Shown piece after piece: positions 53,160 to 64,000 of a stretch of 64,000 nucleotides of DNA. The notes below the pieces were generated by a model. It saw only the letters and a list, made by a program, of their open reading frames with translations, ran no database searches and was not told the DNA's origin. Position numbers and translations under genes: made by a program. How positions within the stretch are numbered: the first letter of the stretch is position 1; every line of letters begins with the position of its first letter. Source of the stretch: Octopus bimaculoides (taxonomy: Eukaryota); contig NC_068997.1 in the NCBI RefSeq assembly GCF_001194135.2, positions 41,891,836-41,955,835 on the forward strand, in the 5' to 3' direction.

Positions 53160-54570
53160 GAATCCCTTCGTCATCAGCAGTGATAATAGCTCCCAGAACC
53201 TCTTCCACCTTATTCTTATTCTGGCTACTATGGTCTTAAAACACCTACCATTAATACAAATTAGGATGAGTAGATAACAAAAGACCTCTGAAAGAATTTA
53301 CTTTACAGGTATTCTTGCCGCTAACTAAACTTCTGCACCTGGTTTTCATGCTAAGTTCTTTCTTCTGTCAGTCTGCCTGTTTCCCCCACTTCATCTCATG
53401 TGCTCCTACAGTTTATATTAGGTACACACAAAACATTCCCACTGCACTTTTTCTGCGTAACAAGCAAAGACCCCTTACCAAATGGTAATAAAGTTTTAAG
53501 ACTTTTGTCTTCACTAGATTTACTTTCAGACTTCTTGATTCTAGAATATGTATCACTGTTTTGAATATATTCTCCAATTCTTTGACTAATTCAGGCAGGA
53601 GGACTAAGTTGTTGACATATAGGCATTCCCACAGTCAACCAATCTTGAACTCCTCCATTAAAACTTAAAGGGCTCCTCATAGATACTTACCTATACATTA
53701 AACTCTTAACTGAACTCAAAGCTCTCCACTTGCTAAAAGTACTTCAGTACATTGAATTGAAAAACTCCAACAAGCCCTCAAACTATTCATCTACACTTAG
53801 TTTTCTTAGCAACCACCAGGCTACAGAGAATGCCACCTTATCAAAGGCCTTCTCCATGGTAACGAATGTGGGGTATTTTGTCCTGCTCTTATCTAAAAAC
53901 TTCCCTTGTAATGGCCTAAGAAATGGTTTCCCATCCTGGCACACACTGAAACTGCATCTCATCCATACTAATTTTCTTTCTAATTAATTCTGCTACAGCT
54001 CTTTCTGCACTAAGTTCTTTTCTATGTCACTTTGCCCAACACCAGTTATTGAGATAATGACACCTCTTAAATAATCAATCAAGCGGAGACCAATGAGGAA
54101 ACTTTCAAGTAATCAGTTGACCTGCTAGAGATAGCAGTAAGTCTCCCTCCAATGGCAATCCACCAACTTCAAAAAAAAGATAAATGTATGCCATGAAAAT
54201 ATCAGATATTTTTTAGTATTTTAGTGATATCTTTCTCATACCCTGAATGGCCTTTTCAAATAACTTGCAAGTTCTGGTCAATAATGGCTGGACACTTTGT
54301 TGGATCTACTTGGGATAATTTCTCTCTCCCCCATGCATTCTACTCAGTAACTTCTAGTATTTTCATGACTTTACTCAGTGTCAATGAGGGCCAAAACACC
54401 TCTGATCCCTCTAATCACAGGACAAACCTCTCATCTTCAGCTCTTCTCCATCCTATGTTTACCTAACGTCTAGCTTCTCTTCTGGCTACTTGATATTGTT
54501 CTGCTCTTTCCTTCCAATTTTTCAGGCCTGTGTTTTAGCTTTTATGGATCTACTGCATCATTTCATTGCC
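53160..54570 (-). mobile_element. RTE LINE decayed RT fragment
   Basis: Minus strand reads NAWGREKLSQVDPTKCPA, IRKKISMDEMQFQCVPG and FVTMEKAFDKVAFSVAWWLLRKLSVDE. Confidence 0.8.
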
Positions 54571-54699
54571 ATGTCACCCAATGCTTGGTTGGAACCTACC
54601 TCACTATCTTTTATTTATTTCTGACAAAAACAAAAACAAAAAAAAGATATTTCCTCAACTATCAACAGTACCCGTTGAATAAATTTAAAGTGCAACTTT

Positions 54700-60500
<5,801 letters not shown>

Positions 60501-60529
60501 GTATATAGGTATGCATATATACGTCACTA

Positions 60530-60850
60530 ACGGACACACTTCAGCCTCTGGTCCACGGACATGTTACCTCCTCTATCTTTTCTGTTGCTACAATAAAAGC
60601 CTCTTTGTAGGTCCACCACTCAGTTACCCTGTCCCACTCGTCTCTGCACCCATCGGCACACTTGGGGCATCTAATCACCCTTCCCCGCGCTTACCCCCAT
60701 GCTAAATACTTCATGCTCCAGAACGTCGCGGCCTTCTGGAATCTGCTCATATCTTTTCCTGCAGATGTTGATTTGCAACACTTTAAACGTAACGTTAACG
60801 ACATTAATCCCACCAGCCTCGGAGGCCCAGCAAAAATCATGGGGCTCAAA
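60530..60850 (+). mobile_element. CR1/L2-group LINE 3' fragment
   Basis: ...GPPLSYP... and AKYFMLQNVAAFWNLLISFPADVDLQHFKRNVNDI resemble the C-terminal F..RT..LWN.LP..FP...LQ.FK..VN motif. Confidence 0.55.
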
Positions 60851-61129
60851 AAAAGAAACATACACACATACATATATGTATACATACACATATGTATACA
60901 TATATGTATGTGTGTGTGTGTCTATGTGTATGTATGATAGTCAAAAGTAATAAATAAATGCTGAATAAAAGAATAGAGGACGAAATAAGGAAAAGAAATT
61001 TCTAAAGTTATGTTCCTCCATTGGTGATCAATGTATCAATGTACATGATGGCTTCAACCTTACAGCACCTTGACAAAAATGTATGGAGATATACACACAT
61101 ACATGTATGTACATATGTGTGTGTGTGTC

Positions 61130-61159
<30 letters not shown>

Positions 61160-61161
<2 letters not shown>

Positions 61162-61290
61162 ATCATCATCATCATCATCCATACTGGCATGGTTTGGACA
61201 GTTTGATTAGAGCTGGAGAGCTGCACCAGGTTCCAACCTGATTTGGTTTGATTTCTATGACTGGATGCCCTTCCTAACACGAAAGTCATT
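61160..61290 (-). mobile_element. SINE family C 3' fragment
   Basis: (CAT)n, ggcatggtttggacagtttg, ctggatgcccttcctaacac. Confidence 0.8.
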
Positions 61291-61453
61291 CCTAATGCTA
61301 TATATACTGTGTGTATATATATATATATAAAATTTGTTTTGGGGAAATGTTCTGAATATGCAAATAAAGCTCCTATTCCATTATGCCAGCCACAGTCTAA
61401 TGATGCTGATTGGCAAACCAGTTTTTGGGGTTGCATCAAGCTGCACCAATATA

Positions 61454-62771
61454 CAAGGGGGTACTCAAAAGTAACTGGAAATGTTCTCTGTGGGACAAGC
61501 CCGTAGTATTTCAGGTTTCCACTGCTAGTAGCCACTTGATGTGATCCCCAGTCATCAGTCTGCTGACTGGCATCATCAATTGTAGTTGTACTGCCACATA
61601 GTGCATCTTTGTTTTGCAGTGCTTCTCCCTGTTCATCGATTTTTGCAATGGCTGAAATGAAGGGACAGTGTGCTTCCGGGGAATTCTGCTTTCTGCTGAG
61701 GAAAAGGGCAGCTGAAACAGTTATCATGCTTCAAACAGCTTACAAGGAAGTTGCCATATGTAAAACATAAGTTTATGAATAGTTTTCATGCATTAGGAAT
61801 GATTACTTGTCGCTTAAAAACCAATTTTGTTCAAGGTGCCCATCAACCTCCTGAACCAATGAAAACATCATGAAAATTCATGAACTTATCTTAGGCAAAC
61901 AATTGACGAACTTGTTGATATGATTGGTGCATCCTGGAGCTCCTGCCAATGAATTTTGAGCAAGGGATTGCAAATGAAAAGAGTTACAGCAAAAGTTGTG
62001 CCTTTTTTGCTCACAGAAGATCAAAAGCAGTCACAACTAAATGCATGTCAGGAACTGAAAGAACAACTGGAAGTTGATGCGGATGTTTTTCGAAGGTCAT
62101 CAGTGGTGCTGAAAGCTGGTGCTACAACTACAACCCGGAAACGAAGCAGCAATCAAATCAATGGAAGCATTTAAGGTCACCACACCCACAAAAAGTGTGT
62201 CACATGAAGTCCAATGTCAAGACAATGGTGATTTGTTTCATCAATGCGGAAGGAAAATTTGTTCTACCTGGTCAAACTGTTAACCAGACATTTTACTTGG
62301 CTGCTCAGAAGAATTTGCAAGACTCAGTGAGATAAAAATGCCCTGACCTGTGGCAAAGTGGAAAGTGGTGGTTTCATCATAACAATGCCCCTGCATACAC
62401 CACCTTCAGTGTGAGCCATTTTTTGACCAAAAATGGCAAGACCACGCTTACCCACTCTCCCTATTTAGCCAATCTTGATCCCAGCGAGTTTTTTTTTTTT
62501 TTTTTTTTTTTTGTTTACCTGTATGAAAAAAGTCCTTAAAGGAAAACGTTTTGCCAATGTGAAGGAGGTGAAGAAAAAAAACAACAGTGGTGTTAAAAAG
62601 CATCACTTTGCAAGAGTTCCAGGACTGCTTCTTCGAACAGTGGAAAACGTGTCTGGACCGATGCATAGCTTCAAATGGAAAATACTTTCAAGCCAATAAA
62701 AGTGCAAACATGTAAAACTAAGTGAATAAGATAATATTGCAAAATTCTGGTTTCTTTTGGGTACCCCCTTG
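61454..62771 (+). mobile_element. Full-length (1318 bp) decayed mariner transposon
   Basis: TA|CAAGGGGGTACTCAAAAGTAACTGGAA ... TTCTGGTTTCTTTTGGGTACCCCCTTG|TA (TIR 23/27 identical). Transposase remnants FCFLL...AETVIMLQTAYKE, AKVVPFLLTEDQK, WWFHHNNAPA, HSPYLANLDPSEFF, KGKRF; multiple stops and frameshifts. Confidence 0.95.
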
Positions 62772-63164
62772 TAATGTAGCATTAATATAGTAATAATAAC
62801 AATAATCCTTGGATGGAATTTATAACCATTTAATGCATCACTACACGCATTTTCACAAATCACATGTCTCTTAAGATCACAGTCCGTATTCCTAGGATGA
62901 TTACAGTATAGTCATTGGTATCCAAGGGCATCAGGTAGATCATTTTCATGGATTCATTCCTTCAGGTAATATAACATTGGATGTTTACCAGAGGAATGTT
63001 TATCCCTTTTGACCAGTGCAAAGGTTGTGCACTTAACAACTGTAACAATTATACTAACAAGGTAACATAACTCCGAGGTTCTCATAAGTCTGATAGACCT
63101 GTGCCTGTTGCGCTCGTTTTCAATCTGGGACGTTCACTACAGTTGTCTGCTCTACTTAGTATTA

Positions 63165-63540
63165 TCTTTTATCTTTTACTTCTTTCAGTCATTTGACTGC
63201 GGTCATGCTGGGGCTCCGCCTTGAAGAATTTCTCCCCCCACTACTTAATTTTTTTAAAGTCTGGTACTTACTCTATCAGTTTCTTTTTGTCAAACCACTA
63301 AGTTACAGGGGTGTAAGCATACAAACACCAGTTATTAGTGGTGGTGTGGGACAAACACACACACACACATATATATGCAATGAGCTTCTTTCAGTTTCTG
63401 TCTACCAAATCCACTCACAAGACTTTGGTTGGCCTGAGACTGTAGAAGAAGACACTTTCCCAAGGTATTGTACAGTGGAACTGAAGCTGGAACCAATGTG
63501 GTTACAAAGCAAGCTTCTTACCACACAACCACACCTTGAC
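63165..63540 (-). mobile_element. SINE family B, full length
   Basis: Reverse complement of the 31719 copy. Confidence 0.9.
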
Positions 63541-63679
63541 CCATATATCTATTTCTCTGCTGAGGTCAATCCCCCCTTGTATCCAATCATATGTCATTAT
63601 TTTCTTAAAATCAGATTGAAATGCCTATTCATAAAAGATTACATATACTCACAATTCATAAATTTCCATTCCTAATCTG

Positions 63680-63701
63680 TATTATCACTATTATCATTAT
63701 T

Positions 63702-63744
<43 letters not shown>

Positions 63745-63750
63745 TTATTA

Positions 63751-63787
<37 letters not shown>
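63680..63787. repeat. (TTA)n microsatellite, the (TAA)n 3' flank of the adjacent R4/Dong-like element
   Basis: About 100-bp TTA array abutting the element 3' end. Confidence 0.95.
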
Positions 63788-63791
<4 letters not shown>

Positions 63792-64000
63792 TAGTTTTAT
63801 TTTTATAACGTGCTTTCACTTCACTACCGAGCGCAGCTCTGTGCGCCTTGGGTATGTGCTGTGGTTTGCTGTGGTGCTCTTATGTTTACTGTATTGAAAG
63901 TGTTTTGCGTAGGATGTGTGCAGTACCCAGTAGTGCAATTTTCTGTATGTTATATATATTTGTAAGTCCTGCTATTTTTGTTATGTATTTGTCTGAATAT
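63788..64000 (-). mobile_element. R4/Dong-like RLE retrotransposon 3' end (cut by window edge)
   Basis: YSDKYITKIAGLTNIYNIQKIALLGTAHILRKTLSIQ*, then a short 3' UTR and (TAA)n. Confidence 0.85.

Noticed and set aside
61008-61727. 239-aa minus-strand ORF
   Set aside because: Chimeric read-through of mariner antisense, SINE and microsatellite sequence; no recognisable domain.

Overview
AT-rich, repeat-dense metazoan genomic DNA from a short-read assembly (nine N gaps, mostly beside microsatellites). The SINE/LINE families resemble those I know from Octopus, so an octopod origin is inferred, not proven. The only supportable host coding sequence is coding exon 1 of a FoxK gene (FHA domain; minus strand, 59257-59615), ending in a canonical phase-2 donor. 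I found no exon 2, so ~1-59256 appears to be one intron of at least 59 kb. It is filled with several SINE families, decayed RTE, Penelope-like and R4/Dong-like retroelements, a piggyBac remnant, TTAA-flanked MITEs and hAT MITEs. A ~6 kb TE-free, CpG-retaining zone surrounds exon 1; upstream lie a CR1/L2-like 3' end, a full-length decayed mariner and an R4/Dong 3' end. Best leads: a degenerate minimal hammerhead ribozyme inside a long inverted repeat just downstream of a Penelope-like GIY-YIG remnant (10.3-12.1 kb); a candidate poison exon (24.7 kb); a head-to-tail SINE array; and unusual splice/forkhead-site architecture at the FoxK 5' end. Most TE boundaries without TSDs are approximate.
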